The notes: a model not told the origin generated them from the letters alone. 64,000 bases of DNA from Candidatus Aenigmatarchaeota archaeon (GCA_043814985.1 JBDRJK010000001.1:28083-92082), one strand, 5' to 3'. Shown: positions 37,043-46,496, counted from the stretch's first letter. Translations and numbers: made by a program.

Positions 37043-37594
37043 ATGGACAGGGAAGAGGCACTAAGTTTGATAAAAGAAGGCACGGACAAGAAGAATCTCA
37101 TAAAGCACATGCTCGCAGTCGAAGCAATAATGAAAGGGGCAGCGGAATTCCTAGGGGATGATATTGAGAAGTGGGACATGACCGGATTATTGCATGACGT
37201 TGACTTCGAAAAGACCGAAGAAAACCCGAAGGAGCACGGAGTTATGGCAGAGACTATACTCGAGGGGAAAGTTGACAAAGAGATAATTGATGCCATAAAA
37301 TCCCATAATTTCGAATATACAGGAGTTCAGCCAAAGACAAAGATGGACTTTGCTCTAATAGCTGCAGACGCTGTATCAGGGCTCATAATAGCCAATGCAT
37401 TGATAATATCGTCAAAAAAGCTGGCAGACATCACACCAGAGAATGTTGCCAAAAGATTCAAGGAAAAGGACTTCGCAAGAAGATGCAGAAGGGAATTAAT
37501 TCTATATTGTGAGAAGGTAGGCATCCCCAAAGAAAAGTTCTTTGAAATATCGCTGAAGGCGCTGCAAAACATTTCGGATGAGTTAGGCTTGTGA
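37043..37594 (+). CDS. HDIG-type HD-domain hydrolase
   Basis: KHMLAVEA, GLLHDVD, IKSH and AADAVSG motifs; the stop codon coincides with the right end of the IS element. Confidence 0.9.
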   Translation: MDREEALSLIKEGTDKKNLIKHMLAVEAIMKGAAEFLGDDIEKWDMTGLLHDVDFEKTEENPKEHGVMAETILEGKVDKEIIDAIKSHNFEYTGVQPKTKMDFALIAADAVSGLIIANALIISSKKLADITPENVAKRFKEKDFARRCRRELILYCEKVGIPKEKFFEISLKALQNISDELGL

Positions 37595-37700
37595 CATTCT
37601 CATGATAAATCAAGAGATTCTAACTTCTTGAGTTAGTTACAGGCATTGTCACGGATGCCCCGTTCTTAGAGATATACTCTAAAAACCTCTTTTTGATGTT
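37571..37700 (-). ncRNA. Predicted TnpB omegaRNA (3' scaffold plus flanking guide); 5' boundary uncertain
   Basis: Stem-loops at 37642-37659 (GGCAT/ATGCC, loop containing GTGACA), 37620-37636 and 37598-37617. The loop GTGACA can pair with terminal TGTCAC (37591-37596) as a pseudoknot. Confidence 0.7.
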
Positions 37701-38720
37701 TTTAGCCCCATTAAAGTCAGCATTAACTTGGTATCCGCACTTCTTACATTTGAACAAACTTTGTGATTTTCTGTTTGCTTTATTCTTGTATCCACACTTG
37801 GAAGATGTTATAGACGTCTCTTTTTCTTCAATTTTAATTACTTTTATTCCTTTCCAACTTGCTTTATAGGTTATATACTGACTTAACTTGAAGTATGGCA
37901 TATTAGAAACTATTCTATTAAACCTCTTGCCTCTAGCTGATTTTCTAATTCCTTTCAAGTCCCCAAGTAGAATTAAGGAATTGTGCTGGTAAGCAAGGCT
38001 TACTATCTGCTTTGATATTTCATGAAGTTTTAGATTAACAGTTCTTTGTTCCTTGTTACCAATTTGTTTGATTTTCTTTAATAGTTTCTTTTCTCCTAGT
38101 CGTTTTCTCAACCAGGCATAATGCCTTCTAATTCCTCTAATCTCCCTTCCCATAAATATTGGTTTTCCGTTTAGCAGCACGGTTGCCAAAACCTTCTCTC
38201 CTATATCTATGGCAAGAATAGATGAGTATGATTTTTTGATCTCAATTTGTTTTTTTAACAACAATATGAATTTCAAAATTATTGTCTTTCTTAAATATTT
38301 TACTCTCGCATAATTTGTAATCTTTAGGAAATTTACAATGTGGCTTTATTGGTAACCACAAACCACCTCTACGTTGTTTAACAGGAATTCTTACCCAATA
38401 TTTACAGAATTTATGTTTAGTTTTTTTGAGTATAATCTGATCTTTTCTAATTGAAATAGGATACCTTTTATCTGATTTAATTTTCTTGTAATATCTTAAT
38501 GATTGTTGCTTGTTAGCAGAATGTAAAGGTATATTTTCTGCAATCCAATCTGCACCTATTCTCTCCAATTCTAGAAATTTTTGTAGATTGTCATATTCTT
38601 GTTTAAGAGCTTGATATTTTAATTTTGTTGGTTCAAATACTCTACATTTAATTGTCTTACTCGAGAACACATTAATTATTAGTATTCTAAAAATAAATAA
38701 TAGTATTAAAATTAGAGATT
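37591..38720 (-). mobile_element. Non-autonomous IS200/IS605-family (tnpB-only, IS1341-like) element; left end approximate
   Basis: tnpB plus a right-end signature on the minus strand, GAATCTCTTGA-TTTA-TCATGAGA-ATGTCAC. No Y1 or serine transposase nearby; AT-rich compared with the flanks. Confidence 0.8.
37620..38670 (-). CDS. tnpB: TnpB RNA-guided endonuclease (about 349 aa when joined), split by a +1 frameshift
   Basis: Removing one A from the A7 run (T-run 38250-38256) joins IHIVVKK to QIEIKKSYSSILAIDIGEK. RuvC-I IDIG, RuvC-II region LGDL, C-terminal CG...CKKCG..NADFNGAKNI. Confidence 0.9.
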
Positions 38721-38747
38721 ATAATTTAAAAACGGTGTTATAGGATT

Positions 38748-41360
38748 ATGGAGCTCAGGGGAATAGAGCAAAAGTGGAGAAAGAAGTGGGCAGACGCCAA
38801 GATATTCGAGGCAAAGGAAGGTAAAGGCAAAAAGTTCTATGTTCTGGAGATGTTGCCCTACCCCTCAGGAACTGCAGGACATGTGGGGCATGCAAGAAAT
38901 TATATAATAGGGGACAGCTTTGCCAGGTTCATGAGAATGAGAGGCTTCAATGTTCTCTATCCAATGGGCTGGGACGCATTCGGCCTGCCATCAGAGAACT
39001 CAGCAATAGAAAAGGGCATACACCCTGCGAAAAGCATAGCCCAGAACATAAAGACTTTCAAAGAGCAGCTTAATCTCTTATCTAACAGCTATGACTGGTC
39101 AAAGGAAATTACAAGTTGCGATCCAAAATACTACAAATGGAATCAGTGGCTTTTCTTGAAACTTTTCGAGAAAGGATTAGCTTACAAGAAGCTTGCTTTG
39201 GGCAACTGGTGCCCCGAATGTAAAACAACTCTGGCTAACGAGGATGTAAAGGATGGCAAATGCTGGAGATGTGATGCGGAGGTTGAACAGAAAAAAATCA
39301 ACCAATGGTTCTTCAAGATAACGGATTATGCTGACAGATTACTTGATGATTTGGACAAGATTAACTGGTCAGAAAATCTGAAGACGCTACAAAGAAACTG
39401 GATTGGCAAGAGCCAAGGAATCAATTATATTTTCAAGATCAAAGATTCAAACAAAAAAATAAGGACATTCACAACAAGACCGGACACTTTCTTCGGAATA
39501 ACCTTCATGGTAGTAGCTCCAGAAAACCAGTTGATAGAAGAGTTAATCAAGGATGCTAAAAACAAGAAAGGAATTGAAAAGTTCATAGAGGAGTCAAAGA
39601 AATTGTCAGAGCTTGAAAGGACAATGCTTACAAAGGACAAGAAGGGAATCTTCACTGGAAAGTATGCTATCAATCCTGTATCAAAGGATGAGATTCCGAT
39701 ATGGGTTGCAAACTATGTTGTAGGTACGTACGGAACCGGTGTTGTGATAGGAGTTCCAACCCAGGACCAGAGAGACTTCGAGTTCGCAAAGAAGTATGGC
39801 ATCAACTTGAAGAATGTGATCAATCCTCCTGGAAAGGATTTGAAAGAGAGTGAGATGAAGGAAGCCTATGTCGAGGAAGGCATAATGACCAACTCTCAAC
39901 AATTCAATGGAATGAAAAGTTCCGAAGGTATCAAGGCAATAGCAGACTTCCTTGTTGAAAAGGGCTATGCTGAGAGAACTATAAACTATAAAATAAGGGA
40001 CTGGTGCATCTCAAGACAGAGGTACTGGGGAACGCCAATACCGATTGTTTATTGTGACAAGTGCGGCATTGTTCCGGTTCCTGAAAAGGAATTGCCCGTT
40101 CTCTTACCAATAGATGTTGAGTTCGGGAAGGAAGGGGCTGCTCCTCTTGCAACAAATGAAGATTTCGTGAACACCAAATGCCCCAATTGCGGAGGTCCAG
40201 GCAAAAGGGAAACAGACACAATGACAACCTTTGTCGACTCATCATGGTATTACCTGAGGTATACTTCTCCCAATGATGACAAGGCTATATTCGATAAGAA
40301 GAAAGTGAACTACTGGCTCCCTGTTGACCAGTATATTGGCGGCATTGAGCATGCTGTTGGCCATCTTATGTACTCAAGATTCATAACAAAGTTCCTGAAA
40401 GACCAGGGTTATCTTGACTTTGAAGAGCCATTCTTGAAATTAACAAATCAGGGCATGGTAAATATGGGTGGAGTGAAGATGAGCAAATCAAAGGGCAATG
40501 TTGTTGACCCCAGAGATGTGATAAAGAAGCATGGAGTCGATCCATTGAGAACTTATTTGCTTTTCATGGCAGCTCCTATGAAGTCTGTTGAGTGGTCTGA
40601 CAAGGAAATGGGTGGAGTGAGCAGGTTCCTGGACAAGGTTGCAAACATGCTGGATGAAATGAAGAAGGCAAAAGGAGACAAGTATATTGAAAGTGTGACA
40701 CACAGAAAAATAAATGCTGTAACAAACGCTATGAAGAATCTTGAGCAGAACATTGCCATCATAGAGATGATGGACTTTGCAAACAAACTATCAAAGCATC
40801 CTTCTAAGGATTCTTACAAGACATTCTTGAAATTACTGACACCATTTGCTCCGCACACAACAGAGGAACTGTGGGAAATGCTAGGAGAAAAGCAAATGAT
40901 TTCAAAACAGAAGTGGCCTGAGCATGACGAATTCAAGATAAATATGAAAGTGGAGGCCGGTGAAGATTTTATAAACGATGTTATAAAGGACATCAAGGAA
41001 ATACAAAAGCTTTCCAAGATAGAGAAACCGGAAAAGATATCAATATTCGTGACACCCCACTGGAAGTACGAGGTCTTCAATGCGGTTCTGGAGGAAGTTG
41101 AGATGAAAGAACTGATGCAGAATCAAGAATTAAAGAAACTAGGAAACGCTGTTATCAAATACTACAAGAAGTTACAGAAGAGAAAGCCTTTGGAAGAGAT
41201 ATTCCTTACAGCTGGTTACGAGCATGAGATTTTAGAGGACAATAAAAAATTAATTGAAGGTGAGTTTGATTCAAAAGTTGAAATAATCAAAGCAGAGGAA
41301 GCAAAGAACCCAAAAGCACTGGTAGCAGAGCCTAGCAAGCCAGGAATTCTGGTTGAGTGA
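38748..41360 (+). CDS. leuS: Leucyl-tRNA synthetase
   Basis: MLPYPSG, HIGH-like HVGH, editing TTRPDT, DWCISRQRYWG and KMSKS. Confidence 0.97.
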   Translation: MELRGIEQKWRKKWADAKIFEAKEGKGKKFYVLEMLPYPSGTAGHVGHARNYIIGDSFARFMRMRGFNVLYPMGWDAFGLPSENSAIEKGIHPAKSIAQNIKTFKEQLNLLSNSYDWSKEITSCDPKYYKWNQWLFLKLFEKGLAYKKLALGNWCPECKTTLANEDVKDGKCWRCDAEVEQKKINQWFFKITDYADRLLDDLDKINWSENLKTLQRNWIGKSQGINYIFKIKDSNKKIRTFTTRPDTFFGITFMVVAPENQLIEELIKDAKNKKGIEKFIEESKKLSELERTMLTKDKKGIFTGKYAINPVSKDEIPIWVANYVVGTYGTGVVIGVPTQDQRDFEFAKKYGINLKNVINPPGKDLKESEMKEAYVEEGIMTNSQQFNGMKSSEGIKAIADFLVEKGYAERTINYKIRDWCISRQRYWGTPIPIVYCDKCGIVPVPEKELPVLLPIDVEFGKEGAAPLATNEDFVNTKCPNCGGPGKRETDTMTTFVDSSWYYLRYTSPNDDKAIFDKKKVNYWLPVDQYIGGIEHAVGHLMYSRFITKFLKDQGYLDFEEPFLKLTNQGMVNMGGVKMSKSKGNVVDPRDVIKKHGVDPLRTYLLFMAAPMKSVEWSDKEMGGVSRFLDKVANMLDEMKKAKGDKYIESVTHRKINAVTNAMKNLEQNIAIIEMMDFANKLSKHPSKDSYKTFLKLLTPFAPHTTEELWEMLGEKQMISKQKWPEHDEFKINMKVEAGEDFINDVIKDIKEIQKLSKIEKPEKISIFVTPHWKYEVFNAVLEEVEMKELMQNQELKKLGNAVIKYYKKLQKRKPLEEIFLTAGYEHEILEDNKKLIEGEFDSKVEIIKAEEAKNPKALVAEPSKPGILVE

Positions 41361-41361
41361 A

Positions 41362-41766
41362 ATGGTAAAGATTTACTTAAGCAGCAGGGCAATAATCAGA
41401 AGGGGTAAGAAGATTCTTTTGATCAGAGAGGAAGAACACTGGGAAACCCCTGGAGGAAAATTAGAACCTGATGAAAATCCAATACAGAACGTTCATAGAG
41501 AAATGAAAGAGGAGCTGGGGACAAGAGTAAAGATACTAGACAGGGTTCCTTATTTTTATAAAAGGGTGTATAAAGGGAATCACACTGTAATGTGTTACTT
41601 CTTTATCAAGCTTCTTGGAAAACCAAAGATTACCAAGGACAATCATGAGGCATTGGAAATAAAGTTTCTCAGCAAAAAGGAAATTATGAAACTAAAGAGG
41701 GAAAAGAATTTGATGGGTTGGGATTCTATTTGCCTGCCAAAAATTATGAAAGAACTTGGACTATAA
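41362..41766 (+). CDS. NUDIX hydrolase
   Basis: Nudix box PGGKLEPDENPIQNVHREMKEELG. Confidence 0.92.
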   Translation: MVKIYLSSRAIIRRGKKILLIREEEHWETPGGKLEPDENPIQNVHREMKEELGTRVKILDRVPYFYKRVYKGNHTVMCYFFIKLLGKPKITKDNHEALEIKFLSKKEIMKLKREKNLMGWDSICLPKIMKELGL

Positions 41767-42129
41767 TTCAATGTATTTCTTGAAATTACTCTCGACTTTC
41801 TTTCTTGTGACATAAGGTCTATGACTTCTGAACCCACCACCGAAGTTTTTTGGTATGTGCATCAGTTCATGTATCAGGGTCTTTATTTTGTCCTCTCTGT
41901 TAAGCTTGTCGAACTTCTCAGAAATTAATTCAATAACATAGAAGGCCTTTGTGTTGAATGCTATCTGCATTACCTTGGACAACCCGTGTATCCTGGCAAG
42001 AGTACTCCTGCTCTTCGATCCCCTGCTCCTCAGGCAGAGAATCTTATCAGTGTCTATGTGATTGAGATTGAGCTTTCTTATAACGTCGTTGACAATTTCC
42101 TGCGACTCGCTGTCCATTTCGTACTTCAT
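41761..42129 (-). CDS. Putative zinc metallopeptidase (HExxH)
   Basis: ARIHGL and TLIHELMHIP.NFGGGFRSH. Confidence 0.8.
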   Translation of the reverse strand: MKYEMDSESQEIVNDVIRKLNLNHIDTDKILCLRSRGSKSRSTLARIHGLSKVMQIAFNTKAFYVIELISEKFDKLNREDKIKTLIHELMHIPKNFGGGFRSHRPYVTRKKVESNFKKYIEL

Positions 42130-42211
42130 AGATAGTTATTCACCCCGAGAATATTAATTGCTACCTGGAGTGGTAAGCAAGGGTTAAGGGCGGTTTCAAT
42201 ATACAAGTTCT

Positions 42212-42649
42212 ATGAAGAAGTCAGTGATGGTTTTTTTCATAATCCTAGGTATAGGCTTTGTTGTCACCATTTATATGGAGGACTATAAAGAGGTCAGGGT
42301 CACTGAAGTCATTGACGGCGACACAATAAAGATAGGTTACAATTCTGTAAGGCTTTTAGGAATCAACGCACCTGAAACAAAAGAGCCTTGCTATGAGGAG
42401 TCAAAGGAACTACTGGAAGACTTGGTCGGCCATAAGGAGGTTAGGCTTGAGAAGGATGCTGAAGACAAGGATGATTATGGAAGACTGTTAAGGTATGTTT
42501 ATGTTGACGACATGTTGGTCAATGGGGAAATAATCAGACTTGGTTTAGCAAGGTTCGAGGAAATAGAGCCTAATACAAGATATTCTGATTTATTTTTGGA
42601 TTTAGAAAATAGGGCCAGAAAAGCTGGAAGATGTATTTGGGGGTCATGA
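42212..42649 (+). CDS. Membrane-anchored thermonuclease (SNase family)
   Basis: VIDGDTI, VRLLGINAPE and DDYGRLLRYVY motifs after an N-terminal TM segment. Confidence 0.93.
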   Translation: MKKSVMVFFIILGIGFVVTIYMEDYKEVRVTEVIDGDTIKIGYNSVRLLGINAPETKEPCYEESKELLEDLVGHKEVRLEKDAEDKDDYGRLLRYVYVDDMLVNGEIIRLGLARFEEIEPNTRYSDLFLDLENRARKAGRCIWGS

Positions 42650-43672
42650 GCTAACAAAATTTATGCAGTCCTTTATACCCTCGATGTACTCGCTTGATGG
42701 TACCATCCCAGCATAGCTTCCCTCAATCTGAAAATACTTCACACCATCATCGTAACCATACCTGCAAAGGTTATCAGTTTCGATAGAAGTTGCTTGTTTT
42801 TGCTGATCAATAAAATACCAATCCTGAACACTCTCCCCGAAAGGGATATTAAACTTGTCGGATATATGCTTTGCATAATTTTTGGATGCATCTATCTGGT
42901 CAGGGAAGTTTGTAGCGAACATTATTATGACAGTGTCCCCCCACTCCTCAAACCAATGGTCTAGGCTAGTATCATTGTATACGGTCTGCCAAGCATAGCT
43001 TGGTTCTGACCATATGACTTTCTTGTTTCTTTTTTTGCTCTCATATATTGTCCTGTTCGCCCAAGACCAGTCAAACTGTTCCACCGCAACATTCCAATCC
43101 CAATTATTATCAAAAGAAATATAAGTCAGTGCTTCATGCATATAGAGCCCTTCACATGCATCTCTTTCAAGTACTGGAATTATTTCAGCCTCAATATCCC
43201 TGTGTATGCTCTGCTTGTCATAACTAGCATAATCCGAAGATGCTGAACTGTAATAATATTTAGAATCTTTATTTTCCAAAACAATCATTTCATTCGTGGG
43301 AATAGTACCTATGTCCCTGGTTCTATAATATATCCCAACTTCTTCTGTTTCCATGTCTTTGTAATCATCCCACCATTGATCATAGCAGCAAAAGATGAAT
43401 TGAAAATCTTTTGGAATGGGAGTTTCTATTTTCGGTGTTGTTTCCACTATTGTTTCTGGTACTGTTTCGTCTATTTCTTGAACATCAGCAGTCTCATCCT
43501 GAACTATAGGTTCCACCTTTGCCATTGCTTCACTTACATTCGGAACAGCAATAGTATCATTCTGGGTTACATACACTATGTCTTGTTCAGGAACATTAAA
43601 GAAAATAATATAGATTGATAATCCTACAACAATTATAGCTGATAATATAAGGATTATCTGTACTTTGTTCAT
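42644..43672 (-). CDS. Membrane-anchored hypothetical extracellular protein (acidic/aromatic, possibly glycoside-hydrolase-like)
   Basis: N-terminal TM, a Thr/Glu/Pro linker, then a ~250-aa D/E/Y/W-rich domain; function is inference. Confidence 0.7.
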   Translation of the reverse strand: MNKVQIILILSAIIVVGLSIYIIFFNVPEQDIVYVTQNDTIAVPNVSEAMAKVEPIVQDETADVQEIDETVPETIVETTPKIETPIPKDFQFIFCCYDQWWDDYKDMETEEVGIYYRTRDIGTIPTNEMIVLENKDSKYYYSSASSDYASYDKQSIHRDIEAEIIPVLERDACEGLYMHEALTYISFDNNWDWNVAVEQFDWSWANRTIYESKKRNKKVIWSEPSYAWQTVYNDTSLDHWFEEWGDTVIIMFATNFPDQIDASKNYAKHISDKFNIPFGESVQDWYFIDQQKQATSIETDNLCRYGYDDGVKYFQIEGSYAGMVPSSEYIEGIKDCINFVSS

Positions 43673-43781
43673 ATTTTATAATTAAAATTTCTGCTTATAT
43701 AGAATCTATATCTCGGAAATTTGTACGACCTAAAGTGTATTTGGAGATGATTTATTAATTAATAGAAATAGAATATAAATT

Positions 43782-44407
43782 ATGGCACGATTACTTGTAT
43801 TTGGAGATAGCATTGCTTGGGGGTACTACGACATAGAAGGAGGATGGGTTGAAAGGCTCAAAAGATTCTTTATGGAAAAAATGTTGTCGGGTGATAGTTC
43901 CGGTTTTGCTGTTTACAATCTAAGTATTTCAGGGGATTATACAAAGGACTTGTTGGATAGATTCAGGTCTGAAACGAAACAGAGAACAGAAGAAGAGGAA
44001 GGTGGTGAAATTATAATTTTTAACATAGGAATTAATGACTCTCAAATTCTCAACAAAAGTGGAAAACATGTAATTTCAAAGGACGAATTAAAAAGGAATA
44101 TCAAAAAATTGATTGACTTACCAAGAAAGTTTTATTTGTTGGCCTCACTCCTGTAGACGAACCAAAAGTTACACCTGTTCCATGGCGACCTGAAATTTCA
44201 TATAATAACAAATGTATAGAAACATATCATAAAATTATCAAGGAATTATGCGAGGCGAATAAAATATATTTCATAGACTTCTTCCAAATATGGCTCAATT
44301 CAAACTATAAAATTTTGCTTGAAGATGGAGTTCATCCAAATTCTGAAGGTCATAAGAAATTATTCGAAACTGTAAGGGATTATTTAATAGAAAATAAAAT
44401 GATCTAA
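43782..44407 (+). pseudogene. SGNH/GDSL hydrolase, frameshifted near 44118-44120
   Basis: Block I FGDSI, block II NLSISG and block III IGIND lie in the first frame. TKKVLFVGLTPVDE...EDGVHPNSEGH (block V) continues in another frame from 44120 to the stop at 44407. Confidence 0.85.
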
Positions 44408-44410
44408 TTA

Positions 44411-45052
44411 TCATTCGACTTCTTTTAGAACAAGTTCCATTTCATCGAGCCTAACATACTTGAATCCTTTTGTTTTTTCCAAAATCTGGGGCAATGCCTC
44501 AATCATCTGATCTGGACGGCTACCTCTGTCTACCTTATGGTCACCATCATGCATAGTTATCACAGAACATTTAGCTATGTTTTTTGTATAATAACCCACT
44601 GTCGCTTCAACCCCCTTCAGCCTCCAGTCATAAGAATGGAAAGTTGAACCGACAATCTTTTTACCCTTCATACTCTTAAGACTAGGAAAGCTCTTCCAAT
44701 CGTTGTAAGGAGCCCTTATGAATATTATTTTCTCTCCTGTAATTGTTTCCACTGTTTCAAGGCCTTTTTCAATATCATCATTTTCCCTAGAATGGGAATA
44801 GCTATGACCTCCTATCAAATGACCTCTCTTCTGTATTTCCATAACAGTCTCAGGAAATAATACTGCATGCTTACCCAGAATGAAAAATGTTGCTTTTGCA
44901 TTATACATGTCCAAAATATCCAGAACCTTATCTGTTCTGGGGGGATTGGGACCATCATCAAATGTTAGAGCGACCTTGTTCTTACTTTGGTCCCCATTGA
45001 AATATACAATCTGTCTTTTTCCATATAACCATCTTATAAAATCTCTTATAAT
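44411..45052 (-). CDS. Polysaccharide deacetylase (NodB/CE4 family), start upstream of the tracked ORF, possibly ATT at 45052
   Basis: VALTFDDGP lies in frame upstream of the tracked 44914 start; HSYSH, IRAPY and MHDG motifs present. Confidence 0.88.
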   Translation of the reverse strand: MIRDFIRWLYGKRQIVYFNGDQSKNKVALTFDDGPNPPRTDKVLDILDMYNAKATFFILGKHAVLFPETVMEIQKRGHLIGGHSYSHSRENDDIEKGLETVETITGEKIIFIRAPYNDWKSFPSLKSMKGKKIVGSTFHSYDWRLKGVEATVGYYTKNIAKCSVITMHDGDHKVDRGSRPDQMIEALPQILEKTKGFKYVRLDEMELVLKEVE

Positions 45053-46131
45053 TAAATGTAATCAGTCTTGTGAAGATACTCACCGATTAGTATTGCACCA
45101 TCTGCTCCACCTATCCTGGTATTATGCGAACATGTTACAAAAGCTATTTCATCATGTACTTTCCTAACTCTACCAACAGACGTTATCATACCTTTACCTG
45201 CTTCTGCATCTATTTTAGGCTGCGGTCTGTAAGTCTCATAAATTCCTGAAGTTGGATCACCAAAAACAACTATTGGCCTTTCTGGTGCAGAGGGGAGTTT
45301 AAGCTTTTGAGGCATTCCAGTAAAATTCTTCAGAGCCTTCATGACATCGTCAACACTGCATTCCTCTCTGGTCTTCACAAAAACATTTTCCGTATGGCCG
45401 TCTTCAACAGGAACCCTATTGCAGGCAGGATATATTCTCATCTCAGCATCAACAATTCTCCCGTTTTCATAGCTTCCAAGTATTTTCTTTGTTTCCACAT
45501 CAACCTTTTCTTCTTCTCCTGGAATGAAAGGAATTACATTGGCTTCCGCAATAGTTCTGTATACGGAATTTTTTCTTACTCCCTCTTCTCCTGCTCCAGA
45601 CAATGCCTGCATTGAACCCATGTGCAGTTCTTTAATACCCCAATTGTCATAAATAGGCTTGAGCGGCAATACTAAAGTTCTTGTTGTACAGTTTGAAATT
45701 GTTGAAAGGCTTTCCCAGCCTCTTTTCTTTTTCTGCGTTCTTACAATCTCAGCATGCTCAGGATTGACATGAGGCAAAAGAATAGAAACATCAGAATCAA
45801 GTCTGAATGCTGAGGAAGTACTTATCATGTGTGTGTATTCTGCTATTTTTGGTTCTATCTTTCTGCCTACATCAGCTTCCAAACCAGAAAAGCACAAATC
45901 TATTTTATGATTAAATATGTCTTGAGTTGGATAAACTCTCATTTCCAAAATTTCCTCTGGTATATCTCCATATTCTCTACCCTTTATTGCTTCACCTAAC
46001 TTTTTTCCTGCAGACCTTTCAGAAGCATAGAGGCCTGCTATTTCGAACCATGGATGTTTGTACAAGGACTCTACAAACTGCTGGCCTATCACACCAGTTG
46101 CAGCAACTATTCCAACTCTGAGTTTATCCAT
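45052..46131 (-). CDS. asd: Aspartate-semialdehyde dehydrogenase (archaeal-type)
   Basis: GIVAATGVIG Rossmann motif, SNCTT (catalytic Cys), QALSGAG, NVIPFI.GEEEK, RVPVEDGH and HNTRIGGA. Confidence 0.9.
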   Translation of the reverse strand: MDKLRVGIVAATGVIGQQFVESLYKHPWFEIAGLYASERSAGKKLGEAIKGREYGDIPEEILEMRVYPTQDIFNHKIDLCFSGLEADVGRKIEPKIAEYTHMISTSSAFRLDSDVSILLPHVNPEHAEIVRTQKKKRGWESLSTISNCTTRTLVLPLKPIYDNWGIKELHMGSMQALSGAGEEGVRKNSVYRTIAEANVIPFIPGEEEKVDVETKKILGSYENGRIVDAEMRIYPACNRVPVEDGHTENVFVKTREECSVDDVMKALKNFTGMPQKLKLPSAPERPIVVFGDPTSGIYETYRPQPKIDAEAGKGMITSVGRVRKVHDEIAFVTCSHNTRIGGADGAILIGEYLHKTDYI

Positions 46132-46196
46132 TATTATCAAAGAACTAATAGTAAGAAAAGGATTTAAGTTTTATTTCTTATAAGGCCGAAAATAAT

Positions 46197-46472
46197 CTAA
46201 TCCTTCTTATCCCAGAACTTCTCTGCTTCCTTTTCCATCTTGTACAATCGTGTGTAGTAGTCAGGGAACTCGTTCAAGTGAGCCAAAGCAATCTTGCCTG
46301 TCACAAGAGGATCGTCATCACTCACATTGGTGTTAGCATCAACCAAACCATGTTCTAGTTCTACATCCATTCCCATCCTGAGTTGCTCGATATCAAACTT
46401 GGTCCAGTCGATTCCCAGCATTTCCCCAACTCTTCTAGCTTCTTCAGCAGTAAAAACTTTTTGACTAGTCAT
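46197..46472 (-). CDS. DUF5661-like small protein
   Basis: GMDVELEHG...DPLVTGKIALAHLNEFPDYYTRL. Confidence 0.8.
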   Translation of the reverse strand: MTSQKVFTAEEARRVGEMLGIDWTKFDIEQLRMGMDVELEHGLVDANTNVSDDDPLVTGKIALAHLNEFPDYYTRLYKMEKEAEKFWDKKD

Positions 46473-46496
46473 AAAAGAATTATAGAAGCTCAGAAC

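Noticed and set aside
43782-44156. Tracked 124-aa ORF as a complete protein
   Set aside because: It is only the N-terminal half of a frameshifted SGNH hydrolase.
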